From contig JAXLNO010000409.1 of the NCBI GenBank assembly GCA_038087875.1, positions 56,032-76,031 on the forward strand: a stretch of 20,000 bases of DNA, in the 5' to 3' direction. This document shows, piece by piece, positions 9,401 to 17,991 of this stretch. This DNA is from Malacoraja senta. Lineage: Eukaryota. The position numbers were made by a program, and so were the translations under genes. How positions within the stretch are numbered: position 1 is the first letter of the stretch; every line of letters starts with the position of its first letter. The notes under the pieces were generated by a model. It was not told the origin of the DNA and made no database searches. It saw only the letters and a list, made by a program, of their open reading frames with translations.

Positions 9401-12400
9401 GCTGGAGTCACTAAGTGGGTCAGGCAGCATCTCTGGGGAACATGGATAGGTGACGTTTCGGGTCGGGACCATTCTTTAGTATGAAGAAATTGATTGGGTC
9501 TCTGTTCAAGCATGAACAAATCTGAAGGGGGATCCCGATACGAAACGTCACCTATCCATATTCTCCAGAGATGCTGCCTGACCCGCTGAGTTACTCCAGC
9601 ACTCTGTGAAACATCACCCATCCATGTTCTCCAGAGATGCTGCCTGCACCCTCTGAGTTACTCCAGCTCCCTGTGAAGCGTCACCTATCCATGTTCTCCA
9701 GCGATACTGCCTGACTCCAGCACTTTGTCGTGAAAATGCTGATCAGTCATCCTTGCGTCGGCGAGAGAGCCAGAGGGTGTGGTTAAACGTGTTGAGCAGG
9801 TGGCGGGGTGCGAGGGTGGGAGGCGGCTGTGTGCGGTGCTCGTCTCTCGAGCTACATCTGTCGGGAGCGTGTCTCCGCCCGGCCCAGTGTTGGTGCAGCT
9901 TCCTGGGGGTGTCGTGCCTCGCTCTGTCTGGACGCACGAGTGCAACTTACTCTGCAACCACCTGTCGCCGGTCTTCAGGCGCTTGGGCCTCCCGTAGCTC
10001 AGCTCGATGGAACCGCTGCTCTGGCTGCTGCTGGGAATGGCGGAGTACACAGCTTCATCTGCAGACAGGACAGGAGAGTTTAGCGATACAGCGTGGAAAC
10101 AGGCCCTTCAGCCCGCTGGGTCTGTGCCACCGGCAATATCCTACACACTATGGACAATTTACAATTTTTTTCCCCCAAGCCAAATTGACCTACAAACTTG
10201 TACATCTTTGGAGTGTGGGAGGAAACTGGAGCACTGGGGAAAATGTACAGACTCCATACAGACAGCACCCACAGCCAGGATCGAACCCGGTTCTCTGGCG
10301 CTGTGAGGCTGCAACTACCAGTGCCACTCCCGAAAAGATAAAAGTTCATGTTATAGGAGCTGAATTAGACCATTTGGCCCATCGAGTCTATCCTGCCATT
10401 CAATCATGGCTGATCTATCTTTACCTCTCAACCCCATTCTCCTGCCTTCTCCCCAAATCCCCTGTCCCGTACCAATCATTGAGGGATGGGATCCCTATGA
10501 TTAGGGTCACTATGTCAGATGCAGAGGGATCTTTACTGATGTTCAATCATTCGTGGAAAACAATCGGTTCCCTGGGACTTGGACCATAAAACATAGGAGC
10601 AGAATTAGACCATTCAGCCCACCGAGTCTGCTGCACCATTCATTCATGGCTGATCTATTTTACCCTCTCAACCCCATTCTCCTCCTGCCTTCTTCCCGCA
10701 GCCTTTGACGCCCTTCCTATTCAAGCATATCAATCCCCACCTTAAAAATGCCAAATGCTTTGGCCTTCAAAGCCGTCGACGGCAATGAGTTCCACAGATT
10801 CACCACCTTGGGAGAATGTGTTACTCTCTAGGTTCACGACAAGAAGTATATACATTTATGAGGCATGGATGGAATGGAAAAAACAAATACTGGAAAGCAT
10901 AGCTTTATAGTGAGAGGGAAAATGTTTAAAGAAGTCCTTCATCAGTCAGGGAATTGAGTCCAGAAGTTGGGATGTTATGTTGCAGTTTTACACGACGTTG
11001 GTGAGGCCACATTTAGAAACATAGAAAATAGGGCCATTCGGCCCTTCGAGCCTGCACCGCCATTCAATATGATCATGGCTGATCATCCAACTCAGTATCC
11101 TGAACCTGCCTTCTCTCCATACCTCCTGATCCCTTTAGCCACAAGGGCCACATCTAACTCCCTCTTAAATATAGCCAATGACTGGCCTCAACTACCTTCT
11201 GTGGCAGAGAATTCCACAGATTCACCACTCTCTGTGTGTGAAAAAAAAATGGTTTTCTCATCTCGGTCCTAAAAGACTTCCCCCTTATCCTTAAACTGTA
11301 TGACCCCTTGTTCTGGACTTCCCCAACATTGGGAACAATCTTCCTGCATCTAGCCTGTCCAACCCCTTAAGAATTTTGTAAGTTTCTATAAGATCCCCCC
11401 TCAATCTTCTAAATTTTAGCGAGTACAAGCCGAGTCTATCCAGTCTTTCTTCATATGAAAGTCCTGACATCCCAGGAATCAGTCTGGTGAACCTTCTCTG
11501 TACTCCCTCTATGGCAAGAATGTCTTTCCTCAGATTAGGAGACCAAAACTGTACGCAAGACTCCAGGTGTGGTCTCACCAAGACCCTGTACAACTGCAGT
11601 AGAACCTCCCTGCTCCCTGCACAATTTGGAGTATTGTGTTCTTTTTTGCTCTGCCTGTTACAAATGCTGTCAGGGTGGGAAGTGTGCAGAGAAGATGTAC
11701 AAGGATGTTGCCAGGACTCCAGGGCCTGAGCTACAGGGAGACTTTGGGCAGTTTATTCCTTGGAGTGCAAGAGGATGAGGGGTGATCTTATGTAGGTGTA
11801 CATATCATGAGGGGAATAGCTGGGGTGAATGCACCTCTCCGTCCCCAGGTTGTTTCCGCACTTACCGACAGTGATGGTGACTGGCCGTTGGATTGGAGTT
11901 GAGGGTGAGATTTCCCTGCCATCCCTCACCAGCTCGCGCCCCTCCTGGTCACGTGCCAGCTGCGTGCCATTGACAGCCTGTAACACAGAGGGGGAGAGAG
12001 GCAGCTGACAGACAGACAGACGGGTACAGGGGCTGGGGGAGATCCAAGTACTGGTGACCGACGGACACACTTACCAAAAACCAGCACTTGGGCGACCCAG
12101 CGTGGGTGCCACACACCATGATGGTGCTCCTGTTGAATCTCTCAATCACTGTCACCACGTTCTTGCAGAGCTCCTGCAGTAAAGCAGAGGGCACGGCATT
12201 ACCATGGTGGCGGGCAGACTAACCCAGCACACCCCTCACCCCCACCCCTACACTTTCCACCCTCCCCCCTCACTCCACCCCCCCACCCTCTCCGCCCCCT
12301 CATACCTCCCTCTCCCCCCTCACTCCGCCCCTCCACCATCTCCGCACCCCACTCACCCCCACCCGCCCTCACTCCATCCCCCCTCACTCCACCCCCCACC

Positions 12401-15053
12401 CTCTCTACCCCCCTCAGACCTCCCTCCTTCTCCCCCCTTCACTCCGCCCCCCACCATCTCTGCACCCCCTCACTCCGCCCTCCAACCCTCACCCTTACCC
12501 TCTCCACCCCACCATCTACGCCTCCTCCCCTCACTCCGCCCCCCACCCCCTCACCCTCTCCACCCCACCATCTACGCCGCCCCCCTCCTCCCCTCACCCC
12601 GCCCCAACATACCTCCCTCCCACCCCCCCTTTTACACCCCCCCCTCCACCCACCCCACACCCTTCCCCCACCCGTCCCCTTCCCTCCCTCCCCACCCTCT
12701 CCGTCGCCCTCTCTCCGCACCCCCCCCCCCTCGCTGGAGGCCGGTTACAACACACCTGCTCCTGTACCCGGCTGTGAGGGTCAGGGCCAAGGCTGCCCTT
12801 GAACCAAGTGACATCCCGGGCTACATTGGAAGGCCACAGTGCAACAGGAGCCACGTGTTGCCCCACAGTATGGACGGGAGATCGCGTCACTGACGGGCTT
12901 TACTGAACCAAATGTCTCGGTTTGTAAACGCATCTTTGCCTTCCCGGCCACTGTCTGTGTGGCTGGTATCATGTTGCACTTTTATTGTAGAAGCAGGGAA
13001 CAGCAGAAGCTGCTTTACCAAGGAAAGGCACAGAGTGCTGGAGTAACTCAGCGGGTCAGGCAGCATCTGTGGAGAACGTGGATAGGTGATGTTGCAGGTT
13101 GGGCCAGACTGAAGAAGGGACCTGACGTGAAACGTTACTTATCCATGTTCTCCACAGATGCTGCCTGACCCGCTGAGTTACTAGTTTAGTTTAGAGATAC
13201 AGCGTGGAAACAAGTCCTTCGGCCCATCGAGTCTGTGCCGATCCCTGCCACCGTGCCACCCACAATAAACATCTGATGAGTCGCTGTAGAGAAGGACAGA
13301 TATCTGGAAGAGTTTTTCACTCGGATGCAAGTCCGTATCTGCAACGAGCTACCAGAGAAAGCTGTAGTAGTGGATATAATCACATCTTTTAAAGTGCAGG
13401 CTACTGGGACTAGCCCAGGGTGTGTTAAAGATGGAACTGCAGATGCTGGAAAATCGAAGGTACACAAAAATGCTGGAGAAACTCAGCGGGTGCAGCAGCA
13501 TCTATGGAGCGAAGGAGATAGGCAACGTTTCGGGCCGAAACCCTTCTTCAGACTGATTCCCCTATCAGTCTGAAGAAGGGTTTCGGCCCGAAACGTTGCC
13601 TATTTCCTTCGCTCCATAGATGCTGCTGCACCCGCTGAGTTTCTCCAGCATTTTTGTGTACCCAGCACAGGGTGTCATGTGGTCAGTATGGACAAGTTGG
13701 GCTGAAGGGCCTGTTTCCATGCTGTACAGCTCTTTGCCTCTCACAATGTTCACAGATGCCGGTAGACACGCTGCCCTGACCTTACCTGACTTCCTGGCCT
13801 CTCACTCTGGCATCTCTGTCTGGCACTCTCATCCAGGGGCAGTGGGATCTGTGGAGGGAACGGGAAATGGATCAGCCCGTCCCTCTCTCCTGCTCCCTCC
13901 TTCCCTCTCCCCCCCTCTCCTCCCACCCCCCCCTCCGCACCATCTCCCCTCCCTCCTCCACGCCCTCTCTACCGCCTCCCCCTCCCCCTCTCCTCGTCCT
14001 CTCCACCTCCTCCCCTCCCCTCTCCCTCTCCATCTCCCCCTCCTCTACCTCTCCACCTCTCCTCCCCACTCCTTCCTCTCTCCCCCCCTCCCTCTCCACC
14101 TCCACCCCCTCCTTCCCTCCCTCCTCCCTCCTTCTCCTCCCCCCTCCACGCCCTCTCTAACCGCCTCCCCCTCCCCTCTCCCTCTCCACCTCCACCTCCT
14201 CCCCTCCCCCCTCCCTCTCCACCTCCACCCCCTCCTTCCCTCCTCCCCCCTTCCACGCCCTCTCTACCGCCTCCCCCCTCTCCCTCTCCACCTCCACCTC
14301 CTCCCCCTCCCCCCTCCCTCTCCACCTCCACCCCCTCCTTCCCTCCCTCCTCCCTCCTTCTCCCTCCCCCCCCATGCCCTCTACCGCCTCCCCCTCCCCC
14401 TCTCCCTCTCCACCTCCACCTCCTCCCCTCCCTCCTCCCCCTCCTCTCCCTCTCCCCCTCCTCTCCACCCCCCTCTCCACTCCTTCCTCTCTCCCCCTCC
14501 TCTACCACTCCACCTCCTCTCCTCTCCTCCCCACTCCGTCCTCTCTCCCCCTCCCTCTCCACCCCCACCCACTCCTTCCATCCTCCCCTCCTCCCCCTCC
14601 CCACATCCTCCACTTATTCTGTCCCCACACCCCTCATTCTCCCCCCCCCCATTCTCCTACCCCGCTCTCATTCCCCCCCCCAATCCCCACCTTTCCCCCT
14701 CTCCTCCTTCCTTCCCCCCTCTCCCACATTGTTCTCCCCCGGGTACCTGTGTGCGGGACACATTACGGCCGCTGAACCGCAGCAGCCACACTCCGCCCGT
14801 GGCTCCCACATAGAGCGAGTCAGAGCTGGGGTCGTGGTGCCCGACCCAGGCCGCGGCCGGCGCTGCGAACTGTACCCGCGGCTCGTCTGTGGAGCGGAGA
14901 GATCAGTGTGGGGGTGGGGTGGGGTGGAGACAGTAACCCACCCATACACACCCCGACCCGACCCACACACACACACACCCACACAGCCCCGATCCACACA
15001 CACACACACACAGCCCCGACCCACACACACACACACACACACACAGCCCCGAT

Positions 15054-15093
<40 letters not shown>

Positions 15094-16313
15094 CCCCGAC
15101 CCACACACCCACACACAGCCCCGATCCACACACCCACACACACACAGCCCCAATCCACACACACACCCACAGCTCCGACCCACGCACCCACACACACACA
15201 CACAGCCCCGATCCACACACCCACACACACAGCCCCGATCCACACACACACACACAGCCCAACCCACACACCCACACACACAGCCCGATCCACACACACA
15301 CCCACACACAACACAGCCCCGATCCACACACACACCCACACACACACAGCCCCGATCCCACACACACACCCACACACACACAGCCCCGATCCACACACCC
15401 ACACACACAGCCCCGATCCACACACACACACAGCCCAACCCACACACCCACACACCCCCGATCCACACACACACCCACACACACACAGCCCCGATCCACA
15501 CACACACCCACACACACACAGCCCCGATCCACACACACACCCACACACACACAGCCCCGATCCACACACCCACACACAGCCCCGACCCACACACACACAC
15601 ACCCACACAGCCCCGACCCACACACACACACACCCACACAGCCCCGATCCACACACACACACACACACAGCCCCGACCCACACACCCACACACAGCCCCG
15701 ACCCACACACCCACACACACAACCCCGATCCACACACACACCCACACACACAGAGCCCCGACCCACACACACACACACAGCCCCGACCCACACACCCACA
15801 CACAGCCCCGACCCACACACCCACACACAGCCCCGACCCACACACACACAGCCCCGACCCACACACCCACACACACAGCCCCGATCCACACACCCACACA
15901 CAGCCCCGACCCACACACCCCACACACACACACACAGCCCCGACCCACACACCCACACACACACCCGATCCACACACCCACACAGCCCCGATCCACACAC
16001 GCGCACACACACACCCACACACACACACACCCAGCCCCGACCCCCCCCACACACACACCCACATACCCACCCACACCCACACACACACAAGCCACGACCC
16101 ACACACACACACACCCAGCCACGACCCACACACAGCCCCGATCCCCACACACACACACACAGCCCGATCCGCGCACACACACACCCACACACACACCCAC
16201 ACACCCAGCCCAGACCCACACACACACCCACACACCCACCCACACACACACACAGCCACGACCCACACACACACACCCACACACCCAGCCCCGACCCCCC
16301 CCACACACACACC

Positions 16314-16352
<39 letters not shown>

Positions 16353-17467
16353 AGCCACGACCCACACACACACACACCCAGCCACGACCCACCCACACAC
16401 ACACAGCCCCGATCCCACACACACACACACACACACAGCCCGATCCACACACACACCCACACACACACACACCCACACACCCACCCACACATACACACAC
16501 ACACAGCCACGACCCACACACACACACACCCAGCTCCGACCCCCCCCACACACACACGCACACCCACACACACACACACCCAGCCACGACCCACACACAC
16601 ACACACAGCCCCGATCCCCCCCCACACACACACACACGCGCACACACACACCCACCCACACACCCAGCCCCGACCCCCCCCACACACACACCCACCCACA
16701 CACACACCCAGCCACGACCCACACACACACACAGCCCCGATCCACACACACACACACACACCCAGCCACGACCCCCCTACACACACACACACAGCCCCGA
16801 CCCACACACACACACACACAAACCCAGCCACGACCCACACACACAGCCCCGACCCACACACACAGCCCCAACCCCCCCACACACACACACACACACAGCC
16901 CAGACCCCCCCTCCCACACATACACCCCCCCGCCCCATCCAGCCCCGACCCACACGCACACACCCCAACCCGACCCCCCCCCCCACACATACACCCCGCC
17001 CGCCCCCATCCAGCCCCGACCCACACGCACACACCCCAACCCGACCCCCCCCCCCACACATACACCCACAGCCCCAACCCCCCTTTCCCGGAACACTGAT
17101 GGAGCGGAGCACGGACCCGCCGCATTGACTGCGAATCTGCTGCATTGCAGTTGGTTACAGAGCAAGATCCCAGCGGGCGGTGCCGGGGCTGGGGCTGGGG
17201 CTGGGGTGGCGAGCGGAGACGGCGGGAAGGGAGGGAGAGAGAGATGAGGGAAGGGGGGAGAGAGGGGTGAGGGTGGGAGGGGAGAGAGGAGGGGGCGATG
17301 GAGAGGGGGACGATGGTGGGGGAGGAAGCAGCCATGAGCCGCGGGCTGCCTGTGAGAGCCACTTTACCTGTCGGGGTGATTTTCAGCCGCGGCAGTCGCT
17401 CCGCTGCGCCCAACAGCAGCAGCAACAGTAGCTGCTGGACGACAATCAGGAGCCGTGGCTTCAGCAT
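343..17467 (-). CDS. SEMA7A-like: Semaphorin-7A-like gene, join of 17467-17368, 14886-14747, 13848-13786, 12173-12075, 11977-11866, 10058-9951, 7523-7384, 6519-6338, 5238-5127, 4204-4015, 2321-2207, 1194-1021 and tentative 439-343; 543 aa, signal peptide + Sema + PSI
   Basis: Manual minus-strand translation with canonical GT-AG sites and consistent intron phases. Semaphorin motifs in order: [100 protein letters not shown]. Exon layout matches what I recall of vertebrate SEMA7A. Ortholog versus paralog status cannot be resolved here. Confidence 0.9.
475..996. repeat. Purine-rich minisatellite, unit about 29 bp (GGGAGAGGGTAGACTAGGTGAGGGGGAGG and variants)
   Basis: Tandem copies visible directly; explains the spurious [12 protein letters not shown]. 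Confidence 0.95.
1021..1194 (-). CDS. SEMA7A-like: Exon 12 (174 nt, 1 nt long): [10 protein letters not shown] / frameshift / [47 protein letters not shown]+AG (PSI domain)
   Basis: PSI signature C..Y...C..C...RDPYCGW; acceptor ctctgcttccttgcag; donor CAG|GTAAGT; frame switch at GGG 1163-1165. Confidence 0.92.
1287..1600 (-). mobile_element. Rex1/Babar-type LINE 3' fragment interrupted by a Penelope-like insert at 1352-1540
   Basis: 1287-1351 and 1551-1600 are reverse-complement matches to 4779-4895 of the Rex1-like element in this window. Confidence 0.7.
1352..1540. mobile_element. Palindromic Penelope-like terminal-repeat fragment (family 1)
   Basis: Arms 1381-1460 and 1462-1541 are near-perfect reverse complements and match the 3' end of the element at 8790-8913; flanks AGTTGGTGATG (1341-1351) and AGTTGCTGATG (1541-1551). 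Confidence 0.85.
1693..1815 (+). mobile_element. Old CR1 LINE fragment
   Basis: Degenerate match to the [25 protein letters not shown] segment of the CR1 copies elsewhere in the window. Confidence 0.6.
1935..2200. repeat. C-rich low-complexity tract (G-rich on the gene sense strand)
   Basis: Runs of C visible directly. Confidence 0.85.
2207..2321 (-). CDS. SEMA7A-like: Exon 11 (115 nt, 1 nt short): (G)[12 protein letters not shown] / frameshift / [24 protein letters not shown]
   Basis: Acceptor cattctctcttgcag; donor ACG|GTAATG. G.IHKV and the E..PF....V..M.LD segment lie in different frames, switching near 2279-2286. Confidence 0.9.
2480..3471 (-). mobile_element. tRNA-derived V-SINE (HE1-like) split by a CR1 insertion; 3' part 2480-2691, 5' part about 3360-3471
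   Basis: V-domain core TGTGGGAGGAAACCGGAGTACCCGGAGGA at about 2640-2670; pol III B-box GGTTCAATCC on minus at 3411-3420. Confidence 0.75.
2691..3352 (-). mobile_element. 5'-truncated CR1-clade LINE (ORF2 C-terminus and 3' tail)
   Basis: [19 protein letters not shown]...[13 protein letters not shown]...TRGH...[13 protein letters not shown]; short tandem tail repeat catagaa at 2691-2707. Confidence 0.93.
3737..3955 (-). mobile_element. Old CR1 fragment with an internal duplication
   Basis: LERV...[28 protein letters not shown]; the segment ccctgtaatccag..cagcatt.tggtaaaccctctcca occurs at about 3814 and 3873. Confidence 0.65.
4015..4204 (-). CDS. SEMA7A-like: Exon 10 (190 nt): [63 protein letters not shown]+G
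   Basis: YT....DRV and Y.VLFLGT motifs; acceptor tttctctttcacag; donor CAG|GTACGA. Confidence 0.93.
4420..5020 (+). mobile_element. Rex1/Babar-type LINE 3' end, decayed, with an internal duplication of about 70 bp period
   Basis: Across frameshifts reads [37 protein letters not shown]...[16 protein letters not shown]...[15 protein letters not shown]. Confidence 0.8.
5127..5238 (-). CDS. SEMA7A-like: Exon 9 (112 nt): (W)[37 protein letters not shown]
   Basis: AVC.Y...DI...F and RPG motifs; acceptor cttcctccatgtag; donor ATG|GTACGG. Confidence 0.93.
5533..6124. repeat. Tandem array of nine 66-bp units derived from a Penelope-like terminal repeat (family 2)
   Basis: ATGGATAGG recurs at 5581, 5647, 5713, 5779, 5845, 5911, 5977, 6042 and 6108; the same unit occurs at 9270-9730 and 13029-13182. 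Confidence 0.95.
6338..6519 (-). CDS. SEMA7A-like: Exon 8 (182 nt): [60 protein letters not shown]+TG
   Basis: TFLKAR..C, FN.I.D.F and VYG.FS motifs; acceptor gtttccacag; donor GTG|GTGAGT. Confidence 0.95.
6608..6905 (-). mobile_element. V-SINE 3' region with three tandem tail copies
   Basis: CAGC(G/A)TGGAAACAGGCC(C/G)TTC(G/A)GCCCACC at 6610, 6687 and 6762; the same tail is on the SINEs at 2480, 10078 and 18596. Confidence 0.7.
6960..7365 (+). mobile_element. Old CR1 LINE 3' fragment
   Basis: Degenerate similarity to CR1 ORF2 end (gagggcctgtgctacaggga, ggggaatcaagaaccaga) and tail ttgggctgaagggcctgt. Confidence 0.6.
7384..7523 (-). CDS. SEMA7A-like: Exon 7 (140 nt): (N)[46 protein letters not shown]
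   Basis: P.FV and D.VYFFFRE hallmark motifs; acceptor tgtgtacctcag; donor AAG|GTAAGG. Confidence 0.95.
7672..7770 (+). mobile_element. Short direct copy of the Penelope-like terminal repeat (family 1)
   Basis: Near-identical to 8788-8883. Confidence 0.85.
7782..8913 (+). mobile_element. 5'-truncated Penelope-like retroelement: RT C-terminus, GIY-YIG endonuclease, 3' terminal repeat; frameshift near 8050
   Basis: [36 protein letters not shown] (PLE RT end); [30 protein letters not shown]...GLN (GIY-YIG); stop at 8669-8671; flanked by TAACAGCTTAC at 7771-7781 and 8914-8924. Confidence 0.93.
8914..9132 (+). mobile_element. 3' end of a family-2 Penelope-like element, probable host of the 7672-8913 insertions; upstream part about 7570-7671
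   Basis: Ends in CTGAAGTAGGGTCTTGACCCAAAACATCACC...CTGAGTTACTCCAGC, related to the 66-bp unit. Confidence 0.6.
9270..9730. repeat. Head-to-head inverted clusters of the 66-bp Penelope-derived unit, about 3 + 3 copies
   Basis: 9270-9478 has the orientation of the 5533 array; 9521-9730 is reverse-complemented. Confidence 0.88.
9951..10058 (-). CDS. SEMA7A-like: Exon 6 (108 nt): (D)[35 protein letters not shown]+A
   Basis: Acceptor cctgtcctgtctgcag; donor AGA|GTAAGT; VYSA and L.T...WL motifs; phase 1-1. Confidence 0.92.
10078..10327 (-). mobile_element. V-SINE (HE1-like), internally deleted
   Basis: TGTGGGAGGAAACTGGAGCAC core; B-box GGTTCGATCC on minus at 10278-10287; shared tail. Confidence 0.8.
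10345..10810 (-). mobile_element. Two tandem CR1 3'-tail fragments (about 10345-10460 and 10589-10810)
   Basis: Duplicated ataggagc.gaattagaccatt..gccca.cgagtct...ccattca.tcatggctgatctat; similar to the tails at 2700 and 11015. Confidence 0.65.
11015..11612 (-). mobile_element. Young 5'-truncated CR1 nested in an older plus-strand CR1 (about 10945-11014 and 11619-11835)
   Basis: [41 protein letters not shown]...; tail agaaacatagaaa; host reads LVRPH before and LEYCV after the insert. Confidence 0.9.
11866..11977 (-). CDS. SEMA7A-like: Exon 5 (112 nt): [37 protein letters not shown]+G
   Basis: Acceptor ctctgtgttacag; donor TCG|GTAAGT; VNGT start and G...SP motif. Confidence 0.9.
12075..12173 (-). 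CDS. SEMA7A-like: Exon 4 (99 nt): [33 protein letters not shown]
   Basis: C.N..T and CGT.A..P.CW motifs; acceptor ctttactgcag; donor TTG|GTAAGT. Confidence 0.95.
12228..12731. repeat. C-rich low-complexity tract
   Basis: Seen directly. Confidence 0.9.
13029..13182. mobile_element. Inverted pair of family-2 Penelope-like terminal-repeat fragments
   Basis: AGTAACTCAGCGGGTCAGGCAGCATCTGTGGAGAAC and its reverse complement around a CTGAAGA...GAAACGTTA core at 13109-13137. Confidence 0.8.
13424..13663. mobile_element. Palindromic family-1 Penelope-like terminal-repeat insert
   Basis: 99-bp arms 13459-13557 and 13564-13662 with 1 mismatch and a 6-nt loop; flanks AGCCCAGGGTGT (13412-13423) and AGCACAGGGTGT (13664-13675). 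Confidence 0.88.
13570..13598 (+). ncRNA. Minimal type I hammerhead ribozyme-like motif; mirror copy on minus at 13524-13551
   Basis: CUGAAGA-A-[GGGU UUCG GCCC]-GAAA-CGUU: conserved core, helix II with tetraloop, loopless palindromic helix III. Penelope-like terminal repeats are known to carry such motifs. Helix I is only about 2 bp. Confidence 0.6.
13786..13848 (-). CDS. SEMA7A-like: Exon 3 (63 nt): [21 protein letters not shown]
   Basis: Acceptor ctgatccatttcccgttccctccacag; donor CAG|GTAAGG; short phase 0-0 exon with the conserved Cys. Confidence 0.85.
13880..14740. repeat. Polypyrimidine/polypurine tract filling nearly all of intron 2
   Basis: Almost only C/T on plus, with recurring CTCTCCACCTCC. 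Confidence 0.92.
14747..14886 (-). CDS. SEMA7A-like: Exon 2 (140 nt): (D)[46 protein letters not shown]
   Basis: Acceptor ctgatctctccgctccacag; donor CAG|GTACCC; LYVGA motif of the Sema N-terminus; phase 1 to 0. Confidence 0.88.
14946..17082. repeat. Compound (CA)n minisatellite of about 2.1 kb punctuated by CAGCCCCGA(T/C)CC or CAGCCACGACCC
   Basis: Seen directly; source of the 697-888 aa HT/CV-repeat ORFs. Confidence 0.97.
17368..17467 (-). CDS. SEMA7A-like: Exon 1 coding part (100 nt): [33 protein letters not shown]+G, signal peptide
   Basis: ATG at 17467-17465; basic N-terminus and poly-Leu core; donor CAG|GTAAAG; phase 1 fits exon 2. Confidence 0.85.
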
Positions 17468-17472
17468 CTCCC

Positions 17473-17506
<34 letters not shown>

Positions 17507-17800
17507 CCTCACACACACACTCTCTCCCTCACACACACACACTCTCCCCCCTCTCTCCCTCACACGCACTCACTGTCTATTTGCTCCCTCCTCTCTTTCT
17601 GTCCCGATCTGCCTCGCTCGCCTCCCACGCCGTCTCTCCTATTTTTTCCCTCTCTCCACTCCCACTCGCTCTCTCCTGCCCCCCGGCGACGCGTCTGTAA
17701 CGTGGCGGGTGCCGGCTGAGTGTGGGCGCAGTGGCCGTCGCTTCAAGAGGCAGAGGGTGAGGTGGGGGTGAGAGGGGAGGGACTGGCGCTGGGATAGGAC
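17468..17800 (-). promoter_or_regulatory. Probable 5'UTR and proximal promoter of the semaphorin gene
   Basis: Immediately upstream of the ATG; CpG-dense patch at 17684-17742; (CCTGTC)5 and CA/CT microsatellites. The start site cannot be determined. Confidence 0.4.
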
Positions 17801-17991
17801 TCCATCCAGATGTGTTACAACAGCAGCCCCCCCCCCCACTCCCTTCGGCCAAGGGATCGGGGCACATCTGTCTCGGCAGCTGTGGCCCAATACCTCACCT
17901 AACCCCAGGGCTATGGGGGTCACATCTAGCCCTTACACATGTGCTCCAACACCGCATCTCTGCCAGGATGTGTGGTCACATCTAGCCCTTA

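Noticed and set aside
9753..10589. 278-aa plus-strand ORF
   Set aside because: Antisense to exon 6, then reads through a SINE and a CR1 tail; no recognisable domain.
12756..12889. Possible extra exon ending at CAG|GTGTGT in intron 3
   Set aside because: Weak acceptor, phase incompatible with the phase-0 intron, no semaphorin motif; exons 3 and 4 join cleanly without it.
12204..14813. Pro/Leu- and Gly/Glu-rich ORFs resembling extensin or formin
   Set aside because: Low-complexity C/T tracts with no domain motifs.
343..17467. Calling the semaphorin gene a pseudogene
   Set aside because: All called splice sites are canonical, exons 1-10 have no lesions, and the two indels cancel to leave an open frame; read data are needed.
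14668..17569. Five ORFs of 697-888 aa (HT- or CV-rich)
   Set aside because: Translations of a CA minisatellite that cannot form stops; they lie in intron 1. Only the exon 1 part (17368-17467) is real.
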